Made by a program: the position numbers and the translations under genes
Source: a virus
Lineage: Duplodnaviria > Caudoviricetes
Direction: 5' to 3' (one strand)
Virus record (IMG/VR): IMGVR_UViG_3300021255_002694
DNA: 64,000 nucleotides
Notes under the pieces: generated by a model
The model's database searches: none
What the model saw: only the letters and a program-made list of their open reading frames with translations
Told to the model about the DNA's origin: nothing
Shown here: positions 1 through 10,525 of the stretch, piece after piece
Layout: each line of letters begins with the position of its first letter
How positions within the stretch are numbered: the stretch's first letter is position 1

Positions 1-183
1 GCTTACTCCGACAGAATTGAGGTTACTGTGTATATCGAACATGGAGACTGGAAGCATGATCACCTGAGAATGGTGAGAAGTGTTGACAAGTTCGATCCTG
101 ACGAACACATTGAAACAGTAACCGATGAAGATGGTTCTGATTGCTATTCCGCCGAACATATTTTTGTATTTACAGGAGAGTGA
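1..183 (+). CDS. Hypothetical phage protein, 5'-truncated by window edge
   Basis: Frame 1 is open from base 1 to TGA at 181-183 (…HGDWKHDH…EDGSDCYSAEH…); the next gene's SD follows directly. Confidence 0.7.
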   Translation, partial: AYSDRIEVTVYIEHGDWKHDHLRMVRSVDKFDPDEHIETVTDEDGSDCYSAEHIFVFTGE

Positions 184-193
184 GGGATTATAT

Positions 194-514
194 ATGACCA
201 CCAATATCATTAACCTCAGAGATGGTGTTCTTGTTGACATCCAGACTGATCTTGATAATCAAATTTATGACTGGTATCTTGAAAATGGTGTCATTGATAC
301 CGTTGCATTTACCTTCAACAATGGTAATATTATCCGCTACAATGTCAATTATGGTATTGAGAGAACTGAAATGATGAAGTTTTTTGCCCGTGATTTCGAT
401 GGCATGACTATTAAGGAGTTCGGCATTGCATTTGCATACTTCCTCTACGACTACACTGGTGTCTATCCAGATGTTGACTTTGATCAGTACGGCACATATC
501 CTACTGAAATCTAA
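194..514 (+). CDS. Hypothetical protein
   Basis: ORF 125..514; ATG at 194 follows SD GAGGG. Confidence 0.7.
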   Translation: MTTNIINLRDGVLVDIQTDLDNQIYDWYLENGVIDTVAFTFNNGNIIRYNVNYGIERTEMMKFFARDFDGMTIKEFGIAFAYFLYDYTGVYPDVDFDQYGTYPTEI

Positions 515-525
515 TTAAAACTACG

Positions 526-578
526 TCACATGCGATCAGTTTGTAAACTATTATAACAGCCGCTCTGATCGCATGTGA
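526..578. repeat. Perfect 14-bp inverted repeat with 25-nt spacer
   Basis: TCACATGCGATCAG (526-539) / CTGATCGCATGTGA (565-578), intergenic, no U-tract. Confidence 0.85.
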
Positions 579-600
579 AAACTTATGTAAGGAGTATATT

Positions 601-1017
601 ATGAAGGCTATCGTATATGCAAAAAAGTATGAAAACAATCTTCTGTGTGACTGTGAGGTAAACACAGTTAGATGTGTACATGATGCTGACTACGAAAATA
701 ATATTGAGATCATCAAATATAATTCTGATAAATATACCTTGATCGGCACAGTTAATCTTGACGCAGATGATGCTGTCAGACAGGCAGTTATTGTGTTTAA
801 CTGCGTTCTTACACAGTTCTATGGTAGCGGAATCGCTCTCTATATTGCTGAAAACAGCAATGAAGCAAGCGTTGGAATCGCCAGACGAAATTTTGTATCT
901 TTTGCAGAAATTAAAACTTCCGAGGATTTTAAGACTCTTGTGAGTAATTTCTTTGCAGATATGAAAATCTCTGTTGACTATGTTTCTGACAGAAAGATCA
1001 TTCTAACTAGGGGGTGA
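601..1017 (+). CDS. Hypothetical protein (possible paralog of 1024..1440)
   Basis: SD AAGGAG; C-terminal FV..I....F...V..FF.D pattern shared with next gene. Confidence 0.7.
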   Translation: MKAIVYAKKYENNLLCDCEVNTVRCVHDADYENNIEIIKYNSDKYTLIGTVNLDADDAVRQAVIVFNCVLTQFYGSGIALYIAENSNEASVGIARRNFVSFAEIKTSEDFKTLVSNFFADMKISVDYVSDRKIILTRG

Positions 1018-1023
1018 TTCTCG

Positions 1024-1440
1024 GTGTGCATGATTGTTGTATACATAGATGACTATAAGATAAAAACAACGATAACACAGAATTATGATGATTTTATTGA
1101 AAAGATTGAATATAAGCATAATATGATAGATGCATATGACGTTGACAATAAAACATTTGCAGATCAAGTTGAACACGGAATCAGACTTATAAATAGAATC
1201 ATATCTGAATATTTCAATGATTTTGTAAATATTGCCGTTGTGAAAGATGACAATAGACATAGCGATAACATCTTTGTACTTGCTCCAATATTTTCAAAAG
1301 AATCTGCATTTGTAAGAACAGATAAAATAACAGTCACAGACGAGTTCATTGATTTTGTGATTGGATTTTTCAGGGACAGATCGCTTAATATTGTCCCACT
1401 TGCCGGAACCGATCCGGTTAGATTTATCATCGTTAAGTAG
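1024..1440 (+). CDS. Hypothetical protein
   Basis: ORF track; SD GGGGTG; same length as upstream gene. Confidence 0.7.
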   Translation: MCMIVVYIDDYKIKTTITQNYDDFIEKIEYKHNMIDAYDVDNKTFADQVEHGIRLINRIISEYFNDFVNIAVVKDDNRHSDNIFVLAPIFSKESAFVRTDKITVTDEFIDFVIGFFRDRSLNIVPLAGTDPVRFIIVK

Positions 1441-1793
1441 GTGTATTTTATGACTGATACATGTGAGACATGCAGATATTTTAGAAAGATGATTCGAGGA
1501 AGCAACAATGGAATTTGTGAATGTTCAAAAATACTCATACCAAAACTAATTGAAAGATCAGTTAATGATGAAGCCTGTAAATTTTACGTATGCAAGAGAG
1601 GTGTAAAGAGTGGAGACTAAGAAGTGCAAAGATTGTGTATTCTATACTCCAATGTGCAAGTGCAGCGAAAACAGCGTACTTGATACAAAATATGGCTTTT
1701 GTTCTGAACAGGTAATTAAACTTAAAAATTTTACGATGCATGAACAGACAGAAGCAAGCAGAGATGCTTGTACCATGTTTAAGGAGAAATAAT

Positions 1794-2243
1794 ATGAAAT
1801 ATAAATATGTGTGGTACGTAGATACGTCAGGTGATGTCATTACATGCAGAACACTTGAGGATGCTATTGAAACGGCAGAGAAGTACATTAAACAAAAATA
1901 TCCAGATAAATTTGAAAGACTTGTTGAGTCACTACACGATCAGGTAGAGAAAAATAGAGACTTAGAAGAATTCTATGTGATCGACTATGAACGCGAATAT
2001 CCGCTTACTGTTGTATCTATTGATAAAGGCGCATTCCTTGAAAGAGTGGATGACGAATGTGATGCTCCAACAGCCAGTGATATTGAAGATATGGCAGAAC
2101 AGGTGGCAAACGATCTATATGTAAACAAGTATTACTGTGTAAAAATTGAAGCATTGAGAGATGAATTTATTAAAAGATTCTTAGATGCTACCGATAGGGT
2201 GATTAAAGATTATGCAGAGAAGACGAGTTGGTTTGAAGATTAG
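1794..2243 (+). CDS. Hypothetical protein
   Basis: ATG at 1794 after AAGGAG. Confidence 0.7.
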   Translation: MKYKYVWYVDTSGDVITCRTLEDAIETAEKYIKQKYPDKFERLVESLHDQVEKNRDLEEFYVIDYEREYPLTVVSIDKGAFLERVDDECDAPTASDIEDMAEQVANDLYVNKYYCVKIEALRDEFIKRFLDATDRVIKDYAEKTSWFED

Positions 2244-2245
2244 GG

Positions 2246-2999
2246 GTGATTTATATGATTTTCTACAAAGCTATCGCTGATTGTAAGTATGAAAATGAAG
2301 ATATTGTAACAATGAACAGCGAATACATGGCTGGCTTTAAGACGGCATACTCATCGTTTCATATTTGGAAATCTGATGGATATGATATTCTGAATGCAAG
2401 AATCGAAATGTTTGACGATTCTCGCTCTGAGATTGTTGGAACAATGAATGTAGATGCAACTAAAATTATGTAAGAGGTGATTTTATGAGAGCTTGTATCA
2501 ATGTGATTGCCCTTGATCAAAACGGAGAAAGATTTGATTTTACAAAATACGTTTTCAATGTCTTTAATAAGACAGAGAGTCAGTTTATCAGCTTCATTGA
2601 AAACAATGCTTCTGACTTTGCGGAAGAAGCATGTCATGATGAAGCACCAAATTTGGATTTTGTAGCAATATCTGGAATCGAGTTTGACAATGAGGATGAA
2701 CAATGATTGTATTTACAGTAACAACTTCTAGCGGTAAAACACATAAATATAGAGAAACTGATTATATTCTAAGTAGATATGGTACAACAGATATTGTAGG
2801 TAAGAAGTTTCAGGTAACACTTGAAGATGAAATTGTAAAGGTATACTGTTACAGGATCAAAGCAGAAGATTTCAGGTATGATACAGAACTACCGCCTAAA
2901 AAATATGAGTGGATTGTTGAATCTCTATATAAGTTTGGAAAGATTATAACACTAAAAGAACAAAAGAAACAAAGAGAGAAGAAGCTAGCAATGCTTTAA
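2246..2999 (+). other. Three small hypothetical genes (2246..2473, 2485..2706, 2703..2999)
   Basis: Tightly packed ORFs, each with an SD. Confidence 0.65.
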
Positions 3000-3011
3000 A
3001 AGGAGACTGCT

Positions 3012-3356
3012 ATGAAACTTACTCCGAATCAGATTAACATTATATATGAATATGCATCATGGCTTGCAGAACATCCGGTTCCGTGTGATGAATGTATATC
3101 AAGACAGGACTCCGTTATCTGTGATGGCTGTGATCAGCAGCTTGACTGGATTAAGAATAGATCGCAAGCTAAGACTGTTTTTATGAATCTTGTTGGATGT
3201 GAACTGGCTGTAAATAGTTATATTCAGAAAATTATTCATTTATACGTTAAACGAATAAGACTTGAATCCGAACTTAATCATGTTAAAACAGCATTGGAAG
3301 AAAATGCTGAAAATCTAAAATGCGCATTAAAAGCATTTGAAGAAAAGGAGAATTGA
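3012..3356 (+). CDS. Cys-cluster hypothetical protein (paralog of 37617..37955)
   Basis: PCxxC…CxGC…W motif followed by a coiled coil, in both genes. Confidence 0.7.
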   Translation: MKLTPNQINIIYEYASWLAEHPVPCDECISRQDSVICDGCDQQLDWIKNRSQAKTVFMNLVGCELAVNSYIQKIIHLYVKRIRLESELNHVKTALEENAENLKCALKAFEEKEN

Positions 3357-3360
3357 TTTT

Positions 3361-3858
3361 ATGCTAAAGTACATGATTTCTGACACAAAGGTTATTGGGC
3401 GTAAGCTGTTTGAAATTGTTGAAGACGTTGCTTATGATGTTCTGCGATCTGTAGATAAGTCAAAAAAGACAAAAGTTGTATATCCAGATAAAGAAGATGC
3501 TATGGAAACTGAAAAAGGTGAAAAGTGTCTATCTGAATCATGGATCATTGACTTTGACATGACAGATAATGAAGAAACACAGCTTGCAAACATCGCACAT
3601 CTAAAGAAAAAGAAGTTCGGACATTTTGTAAATATTGTAACAGATATTGATGATTCTGACTATGTTTTCAGCTACCTTATTGCTATTGAGGATATCGAAG
3701 ATGGTTTTTCTGTTTCAACAAGTGTATCCTATATAAACAAGAATACAGGTGATTCAAAAACCGTAGATGATCCTGAAAAAGAGTTGTCCGGAACTGACAA
3801 AGAACTGTGTGATAAGATCACCAAGAAAGCAAAGAACTTTCTTGAAATGATCGGATAA
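3361..3858 (+). CDS. Hypothetical protein
   Basis: ATG at 3361 after AAGGAG. Confidence 0.7.
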   Translation: MLKYMISDTKVIGRKLFEIVEDVAYDVLRSVDKSKKTKVVYPDKEDAMETEKGEKCLSESWIIDFDMTDNEETQLANIAHLKKKKFGHFVNIVTDIDDSDYVFSYLIAIEDIEDGFSVSTSVSYINKNTGDSKTVDDPEKELSGTDKELCDKITKKAKNFLEMIG

Positions 3859-3865
3859 GTATTAT

Positions 3866-3940
3866 ATAAAAACTCCCTTAAATATAGATTTTATACACTT
3901 TATGTTTTGTAAAATCTATGTTAAGGGAGTTGTTTTTATG
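3866..3940 (+). promoter_or_regulatory. Long RNA hairpin occluding the SD and start codon of 3938..4234
   Basis: AACTCCCTTAA(A)TATAGATTTTATA (3871-3895) pairs with TGTAAAATCTATGTTAAGGGAGTT (3908-3931), which contains the SD AAGGGAG. Confidence 0.8.
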
Positions 3941-4234
3941 CGACTTATGATAAACGAAAGTGATTACAGATCGTGTAACCTAACATTTGAGAAACTACAG
4001 GCAGACCAATATGATATACTATGTAACGGTGAATCAGTTGGAACAATATACTGCCGCAGTTACTATAGCAATACTAGAAACCGTGTATGGACTGTTTTTG
4101 TTGAACTTGATTCATTCAAAGAAGACGATACTGCTTCATCTGTGGCTGATGCAAAGAATGTTGCAAAACGTCTTTGGCTTGAACTTAAAGATAAGGTAGA
4201 TAGATGGAACAGAAGCATGGGGAGTGATGTATAA
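3938..4234 (+). CDS. Hypothetical protein with MRLMINES leader (putative capsid-targeted internal protein)
   Basis: ATG at 3938 after SD; shared leader motif. Confidence 0.65.
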   Translation: MRLMINESDYRSCNLTFEKLQADQYDILCNGESVGTIYCRSYYSNTRNRVWTVFVELDSFKEDDTASSVADAKNVAKRLWLELKDKVDRWNRSMGSDV

Positions 4235-5010
4235 TGAAATTATATTTTGAAAACATAATTACCGATCTTAGAAAGAATGGAATAAAAATATCACAAGATA
4301 TGTTTGATGCTATAAATGAGTTTGTTGATATACAGAACTCTTTTGCAAGACCTGTTAATGTTGATAGGTGGCAAGATGTTAAAGGTAAGACTGTCCTGTT
4401 TACAGAGAACGGGAATATTGTTGCTGTATATGGTAACGATAAATTTATGTACAATCCAAATAAATTAAAGATTAGCCAAGCACCTGAGTATGATATATTT
4501 GAAATAGAAGTTCTTGGAACACATGTTCAAAATCGCCGTCAGGAGCGCAGAGACTACTTAAAAGGTCTTACAAGAACATCCGATTCACCATATTCAAATA
4601 CTCCAAAATCAACAACCTATATATGGGATAAGGACTGGAATCCGGAAGTAAATAAAGCATATTATTCTAAACTGTTACAGCGCAATCATTTGAATAAATA
4701 CGCACAGCAACTTGAAGATGCTTATGATGTAGTAAAAGATATGATAGATCAGCGTAAGGAGCGTCTTACAGGAAAAAGAACAGAGTATGATCGTATGATT
4801 ACAGATATATCAAGACAGATCGGTAAGATTGAAGATGAAATGATAGCTGCTGAGAGAGACTTTTCTTTCGATGTTGACAAACTTAAAAAAGAAATATCTA
4901 AACTGCCAAACCTTGTGAATAAGGCAAAAGAGTTCATGGAGACTGAGGAAAAAGAATATAAGTATTGGGGCAAGCGTAAGAAGATTCCGTATGATAAAAT
5001 AGAAAAATGA
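4234..5010 (+). CDS. Hypothetical protein, coiled-coil C-terminus, weak leader MKLYFEN
   Basis: 258-aa ORF coupled to the previous gene. Confidence 0.7.
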   Translation: MKLYFENIITDLRKNGIKISQDMFDAINEFVDIQNSFARPVNVDRWQDVKGKTVLFTENGNIVAVYGNDKFMYNPNKLKISQAPEYDIFEIEVLGTHVQNRRQERRDYLKGLTRTSDSPYSNTPKSTTYIWDKDWNPEVNKAYYSKLLQRNHLNKYAQQLEDAYDVVKDMIDQRKERLTGKRTEYDRMITDISRQIGKIEDEMIAAERDFSFDVDKLKKEISKLPNLVNKAKEFMETEEKEYKYWGKRKKIPYDKIEK

Positions 5011-5042
5011 TAATTTTGCATGAAAAATATTTGGAAAAATGC

Positions 5043-5071
5043 TTGACAAAACAGTTAAAATGTGATATACT
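5043..5071 (+). promoter_or_regulatory. Consensus sigma-A early promoter, extended -10
   Basis: TTGACA-17-TATACT with TG. Confidence 0.9.
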
Positions 5072-5122
5072 ATATTTATAAGAGATAAGTATGACTTGAT
5101 TGTAAACTTGGAGGATTTACCT

Positions 5123-5515
5123 ATGATTAAAAAGGAATTCAATAAACTTTATAAGGAAATTGAACAGATCAGACGAAAGATTGATTCTGGTAAACTCAAA
5201 TATTTCGGTGAAAAGAATTACATGAATGCATCCCCATATTATGTATTCCTCCGAAATGGGAAGTGGTTTAAGATTGAACTTGGTACAAAGATTATCCCTA
5301 CATTTAATAAGAATGATGTTGTGTTTATTCAGAAACATATCCTTCGTGATTCTACAGATACAAACTGGAAGTATACCCGTGATTATGTTGATAGTGACCG
5401 TGGATTCGTGAGATATTCTGGGTGTATCACAGATAATATTGATTACTTCCTTGATAGGGCAAACAAGTATAAGATAAATCTTGTTGATGAAATTGAAACA
5501 TATTATTGGGATTAA
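5123..5515 (+). CDS. Promoter-proximal hypothetical protein (paralog of 47094..47468)
   Basis: YVFLRNGKWF…NDVVFIQKH…STDT…YVDSDRG vs YFVIMGNGDLF…NDIVYIRKH…SIDT…YFDSDNG. Confidence 0.75.
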   Translation: MIKKEFNKLYKEIEQIRRKIDSGKLKYFGEKNYMNASPYYVFLRNGKWFKIELGTKIIPTFNKNDVVFIQKHILRDSTDTNWKYTRDYVDSDRGFVRYSGCITDNIDYFLDRANKYKINLVDEIETYYWD

Positions 5516-5530
5516 ATTGGAGTGATTTAT

Positions 5531-6103
5531 GTGAAACTAATGATAAGAGAAGATAGACTATCAATGTTGTCGGAAAGTGTCTTTTATAAGGCACTCCTTG
5601 AATTCCTCACGAAGGATACAGAGATAAAATACGCTGATGATTATATTGATAACTTTGATAAGTCGAAGAAACAGAGGTATGCAAAAGAATACCCGATCAG
5701 AGACATTAAAAATGACATTGCATCATTCATTGATGATTGGCTGAAAGAAATTAAAAGAGATTGTGATATATACTCTATGAAGAATAATCGTATGTCTGAT
5801 TCATATGGATTTTCTAATTATATTACTCTTTCATTTAATCGTCCGGCAGATCGTAGATTATACCAATTCTATCAAGATAACAGCGAAAAATATAATAATG
5901 TAAAATTTAGATTTTCAGAGCATGATCCTAAAAATGACACATCCGATATTGCCGATAGTGTGAACTTTGTCGGAAAGACGTTTAATCAGGCAGCAGATGA
6001 AATGAAGTGCAAAATTGAAAACTATGTAATTGATTTAAGATCAGCAGAAAAACAATATCTTAAAAAGCTAGATAAACAGGCAAAGAAAAAGAATCGGCGG
6101 TGA
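5531..6103 (+). CDS. Leader-bearing protein with YGxSNY…RFSEH motif (paralog of 21808..22362; possible nuclease fold)
   Basis: GTG start gives MKLMIRED; motifs shared with 21808. Confidence 0.7.
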   Translation: MKLMIREDRLSMLSESVFYKALLEFLTKDTEIKYADDYIDNFDKSKKQRYAKEYPIRDIKNDIASFIDDWLKEIKRDCDIYSMKNNRMSDSYGFSNYITLSFNRPADRRLYQFYQDNSEKYNNVKFRFSEHDPKNDTSDIADSVNFVGKTFNQAADEMKCKIENYVIDLRSAEKQYLKKLDKQAKKKNRR

Positions 6104-6108
6104 GCATA

Positions 6109-6393
6109 ATGATTATACTTGAAAATAAAACGATCGAAAAAGACATATTTGATTCTATAATCAGAACAGTTAAAACAAATTTCAATAAAAACAATTTCAG
6201 TTTTGATATTGATATCACTGATACTGTCAATATCTGGTGCGATAACGATAAAGATAAAACAGTGTTTATTCAAACACAGGATGAAGATTCATACGCAACA
6301 TTTACAAAGGATGATCTTGATAATGTTGATGAGGCGGATATAAAGGAGAGCATTGAATATCAGCTTAATGCAACCGGATCAGAGAATGAATAA
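6109..6393 (+). CDS. Acidic hypothetical protein (MIILEN leader)
   Basis: ORF 6100..6393, ATG at 6109. Confidence 0.65.
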   Translation: MIILENKTIEKDIFDSIIRTVKTNFNKNNFSFDIDITDTVNIWCDNDKDKTVFIQTQDEDSYATFTKDDLDNVDEADIKESIEYQLNATGSENE

Positions 6394-6402
6394 GATGCAA
6401 TG

Positions 6403-6442
6403 TAGAACTTACGTGAAAATTCCGTAAGTTCTATTTTTTTTT
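6403..6442 (+). terminator. Intrinsic terminator
   Basis: TAGAACTTACG / CGTAAGTTCTA stem followed by a T run. Confidence 0.85.
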
Positions 6443-6453
6443 ATAAAAACCAC

Positions 6454-6482
6454 TTGACATTTCATACAATATGTGATATACT
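6454..6482 (+). promoter_or_regulatory. Consensus sigma-A early promoter
   Basis: TTGACA-17-TATACT with TG. Confidence 0.9.
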
Positions 6483-6852
6483 ATATTTGTAAAATACTAC
6501 CAGAAAGGTGGAATCACATAAAAATGTTGTCATTTGCAAGCAAAAAGTGGACTGATTCTGAAAAAGAACATATCCGAAAAATGCAGGATGCGGTAGATGA
6601 ATCAAAAAAGATAAAAATTATGTACATTGCGACAGATGTTTCAACAGGAAATGTTTTATGTGAACTCAATAACATGCTTGATGTAATTAGCTGTATACAG
6701 GGATATGCAATAATGGTACTCGGAACACGTAATTACATCTTGAACGAGTTTTATTCAATGAATCATGTTACAAAGACTTATTCACATGAAAACACATCAT
6801 TTACGGTTGATGTAGAAGAACGTGTGTATATAGAGAACTGAGGTGCTTTAGC

Positions 6853-7269
6853 ATGACTGAGATTAAAAATGGAATCATTCGCTTCATGTTTGCCGGAAAT
6901 TCTATTTTCACAATAATTAAAGGCAATGAACATCATTCCTATAAAATTTATAGGAAAAAGACTGATGATGGTGTAAAAATTTATCATCTATATCTTAGAA
7001 AAGCAAATAAATGTACGTATAGCGGATACTTTAAGATTGAGGATAACAAACTGACATTCAAAAGAAGCTATAAGTACCGCTGTGATCATGCAGATGATGA
7101 TATTGCAGTTCTGCTTGATGTTGTTCACAACAGGAACAATCTTCCGGAAGATATTTCTGTGTATCACTCTGGAAGATGTGGTTGCTGTGGTCGCGTCCTG
7201 ACCGATCCAGAAGCTATTTCGCGTGGATTCGGACCAGAATGCTGGAAGAAAGTTAAAGATCATGTTTGA
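6853..7269 (+). CDS. DUF6011-like zinc-finger protein
   Basis: C-terminal GRCGCCGRVLTDPEAISRGFGPECW. Confidence 0.7.
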   Translation: MTEIKNGIIRFMFAGNSIFTIIKGNEHHSYKIYRKKTDDGVKIYHLYLRKANKCTYSGYFKIEDNKLTFKRSYKYRCDHADDDIAVLLDVVHNRNNLPEDISVYHSGRCGCCGRVLTDPEAISRGFGPECWKKVKDHV

Positions 7270-7540
7270 ATAAGGTTGGTGTGTTTATGTTCTATGTAAG
7301 AAAAATCGGCAAAGAATACAAGGTTTCAGAAGTTCAATCTAGTGAGGATTCAGGTGAGTTTGAATCATACATTGATGCGTACATATATGCCAAAGAAATG
7401 AGCGGCAATATCAGTCTTGAAAAATATAAAGAGGTAAAGTCTGACGAATATATGTACAGTCATCTTATAGATTCAGACACAACTGAATTAGAAAAAGACT
7501 TAAACAATTATTCAAAAAAGAAACGTGGTGAAAACAAAAA

Positions 7541-9580
7541 ATGACAGTAGATTACTCACGAGAGATAAATAAACTTGTAGAATACCTAAATACATGCAGA
7601 GATCAGTATTATAATCACAATAATTCTATTATCACAGATAAGCAGTATGATGATCTATTTGATCGGCTAAAAGAACTTGAAGAAGAATCAGGCATCATTC
7701 TTTCAAATTCTCCTACACAATCAGTAGGATATAATGCTGTAAGTTCATTGCAGAAAGTTAAACATGAGGAAAGATTACTCTCTCTTGATAAGACAAAGAG
7801 CGTTTCTGATGTTTTAAAGTTCTGCGGTACAAAGAATGTTATCTTCATGCATAAGATGGATGGACTTACTGTCGATCTAACATATGTTGACGGAAAGATC
7901 ACACAAGCACTTACTCGCGGCGGTGACGATGGATACGGTGAAGATATCACGCATAATGTAAAGTCAATTCTTGGTATTCCAACAACAATTCCAGTTAGCG
8001 GAAAGGTGCATATTTCCGGCGAAGCAATTATAACATATAAAGATTTTCAGTATATAAATTCTGGATTGAAAGAACCATATAAACATGTTAGGAATTGTGC
8101 AAGTGGAAGTGTTAGACAGTTTGACAGTGCTATCTGCGCACAAAGAAAAGTACGTTTTATTACATGGAATGCAAACGATCTATCAAAGAATGGAACAATG
8201 ATGTCTGGACTTGATGAAGCTGATAAACTAGGATTTATTACAGTATTTCGCAGAGGCGGAATGTCTGTTTCACGTATGATTGAAAAAGAGATTGCTGAAA
8301 TCTTTGATAGTTTCAAGAAACGTGCTGAGATGTTAAGTTATCCTATTGATGGAATTGTTATTATGTACGATAACATTGCATATGGTAAATCTTTAGGATC
8401 AACAGCACATCACCCTAGATGTGGTATTGCATATAAATTCTACGATGAAACAGTTGAATCAAAGCTAAGAGGAATTGAATACTCAATAGGTAAAACAGGT
8501 GTTCTAACTCCTGTTGCTATATTTGATCCGAGAGATATTGACGGAACTTCTGTGTCAAGAGCATCACTTAGCAATATATCTGTTCTAAAGTCTACACTAA
8601 ATGTTGCATTTGATGGTCAGATTGTAAACATATCAAAAAGAAACGCTGTTATTCCGCATATTGAAAGTGCTGATATTAGCGGAATCACTCTTGGAAGTAA
8701 AGTATTTACAGTTCCAGATAAATGTCCGTGCTGCGGAGAACCAACAGCTATTGTAACAGACAGCAATTCTGGTGTCGAAACACTTGTTTGCACTAATAAT
8801 AAATGCTCCGGCAGACTACTTAAAAAGTTCTCAGCGTTTGTTTCAAGAAGTGCAATGAATATTGACGGAATGTCTGAAAAAACTCTTGAAAAGTTTATTG
8901 ACATGGGTTTGCTAAATACATATTCAGATATTTTCAGATTGAAAGATTTTGCCGATAAAATTGTATGCCTTGACGGTTTTGCTGAAAAGTCTGTTACAAA
9001 GATGCTTGATTCTATTGAAAATGCAAAAAATACAACTCTTGTAAGGTTGTTTGTTGCACTAAATATTGATGGTATCGGCAAACAGACAGCAAATGATCTA
9101 TCAACATTTTTTGCCGATAATCCTGAAAATGTACTGAAAATGAAAACATCTGAAATTAGAGATAAACTAATTCATGTTGACGGATTTGGTGAAACTCTTG
9201 TTGATTCTATATGCAAGTGGCATGATTCAGATGAAGATATGAGTGAGTTCAGAAATCTACTCAGCTATATCACGATTGAAAGTACACCAGATCAAAAGTC
9301 AGATGTTCTAAATGGTCTAAAATTTGTTATTACCGGAAGTTTGGAAACATATAGGAATAGAAACGATCTTATTTCTGATATTGAGAAAAATGGTGGAAAG
9401 GTACAATCTTCTGTAAGCAAAGAGACTTCATATCTTATCAATAATGATGTAAATAGTACATCTGGTAAAAATAAAAAGGCAAAGGAACTTGGTGTTTCGA
9501 TAATTTCAGAGAAAGATTTTGTACGTCTTTTGAACGGCAATCAGCCGCAAAAATCTGTAAAAAAGAAAGGGTTGTTTTAA
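7541..9580 (+). CDS. ligA: NAD-dependent DNA ligase
   Basis: KMDG adenylation motif, TRG…GEDIT, RNxASGSVRQ, IDGIV, AYKF, Cys4 zinc finger, HhH repeats, C-terminal BRCT (FVITGSL). Confidence 0.97.
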   Translation: MTVDYSREINKLVEYLNTCRDQYYNHNNSIITDKQYDDLFDRLKELEEESGIILSNSPTQSVGYNAVSSLQKVKHEERLLSLDKTKSVSDVLKFCGTKNVIFMHKMDGLTVDLTYVDGKITQALTRGGDDGYGEDITHNVKSILGIPTTIPVSGKVHISGEAIITYKDFQYINSGLKEPYKHVRNCASGSVRQFDSAICAQRKVRFITWNANDLSKNGTMMSGLDEADKLGFITVFRRGGMSVSRMIEKEIAEIFDSFKKRAEMLSYPIDGIVIMYDNIAYGKSLGSTAHHPRCGIAYKFYDETVESKLRGIEYSIGKTGVLTPVAIFDPRDIDGTSVSRASLSNISVLKSTLNVAFDGQIVNISKRNAVIPHIESADISGITLGSKVFTVPDKCPCCGEPTAIVTDSNSGVETLVCTNNKCSGRLLKKFSAFVSRSAMNIDGMSEKTLEKFIDMGLLNTYSDIFRLKDFADKIVCLDGFAEKSVTKMLDSIENAKNTTLVRLFVALNIDGIGKQTANDLSTFFADNPENVLKMKTSEIRDKLIHVDGFGETLVDSICKWHDSDEDMSEFRNLLSYITIESTPDQKSDVLNGLKFVITGSLETYRNRNDLISDIEKNGGKVQSSVSKETSYLINNDVNSTSGKNKKAKELGVSIISEKDFVRLLNGNQPQKSVKKKGLF

Positions 9581-10165
9581 TTGATTCTTATTCTGTGTGG
9601 CAAATCTGGATCAGGTAAAGATGCTATATTAAAGCATCTTGTAACAGATCATAAGTTTCTTCCGATCATTTCAACAACATCAAGACCTCCAAGATTCGGT
9701 GAGATGAGTGGTGTTGAGTATTACTTCACATCAAAATCAGAATTTCTTAAACTGATTGATCAGGATTTGCTTATTGAGTATAGAAAATACAATACGCTTG
9801 TAGACAATGTTCCAGATGTCTGGTATTATGGCATTGAAAAACGTGATTTTGATGATAGATATGATTATGTTGTTATTCTTGACATCAAAGGAGCAAAAGA
9901 GTTCATTAAATATGCCGGAGATAATAATTGTGTTGTTCAATACATTGAAACAAGTGATGATGTTCGTGAACTGAGAGCAAAGAACAGAGGTTCTTTTAAC
10001 AAGCCTGAGTGGGATCGCAGACTTGAAGCCGATGCTGTTGATTTCTCAGAAGAAGAAATTGAATCAGTAAGCGATTACATTGTCAACAATAACGGATTGC
10101 TGAAATATGCTATTGATGAAGTTATCGACAATTTCTACGTGTATAAATCCGTATATAGGGAGTGA
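9581..10165 (+). CDS. gmk: Guanylate kinase
   Basis: GKSGSGKD P-loop, STTSRPPRxGExxGVEYYF, WYYG. Confidence 0.92.
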   Translation: MILILCGKSGSGKDAILKHLVTDHKFLPIISTTSRPPRFGEMSGVEYYFTSKSEFLKLIDQDLLIEYRKYNTLVDNVPDVWYYGIEKRDFDDRYDYVVILDIKGAKEFIKYAGDNNCVVQYIETSDDVRELRAKNRGSFNKPEWDRRLEADAVDFSEEEIESVSDYIVNNNGLLKYAIDEVIDNFYVYKSVYRE

Positions 10166-10171
10166 TTACAA

Positions 10172-10525
10172 ATGATTAACAAGAAACAGAAATTGATCAA
10201 AGAGTTGGAAACTAAATTAGATAATTTTCGCAAGATGTACACGGAACTTGGTACTGAATTATCTAAAATTGAGAAAGATATTGCGATCTTAGAATTGATT
10301 GAATCTGGTGATTTGAAAGATGTTTATTTTGAATCAGACTTAGAGAAAATTCCAGAAACACCGTATTTTCCAAATCCAAGTACACCCCCATATTATAATC
10401 CAGTTGTAACACTTTATGGGTGTCCCACAGTAGGCGGAACAGGACTTCCTATTGATTATTACATGAATATCACATCTATCAACTCTGATGTAAAGGAAGA
10501 TTCAAATGAAGAAGAATCTAAATAA
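10172..10525 (+). CDS. Hypothetical coiled-coil protein
   Basis: ORF with SD. Confidence 0.6.
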   Translation: MINKKQKLIKELETKLDNFRKMYTELGTELSKIEKDIAILELIESGDLKDVYFESDLEKIPETPYFPNPSTPPYYNPVVTLYGCPTVGGTGLPIDYYMNITSINSDVKEDSNEEESK

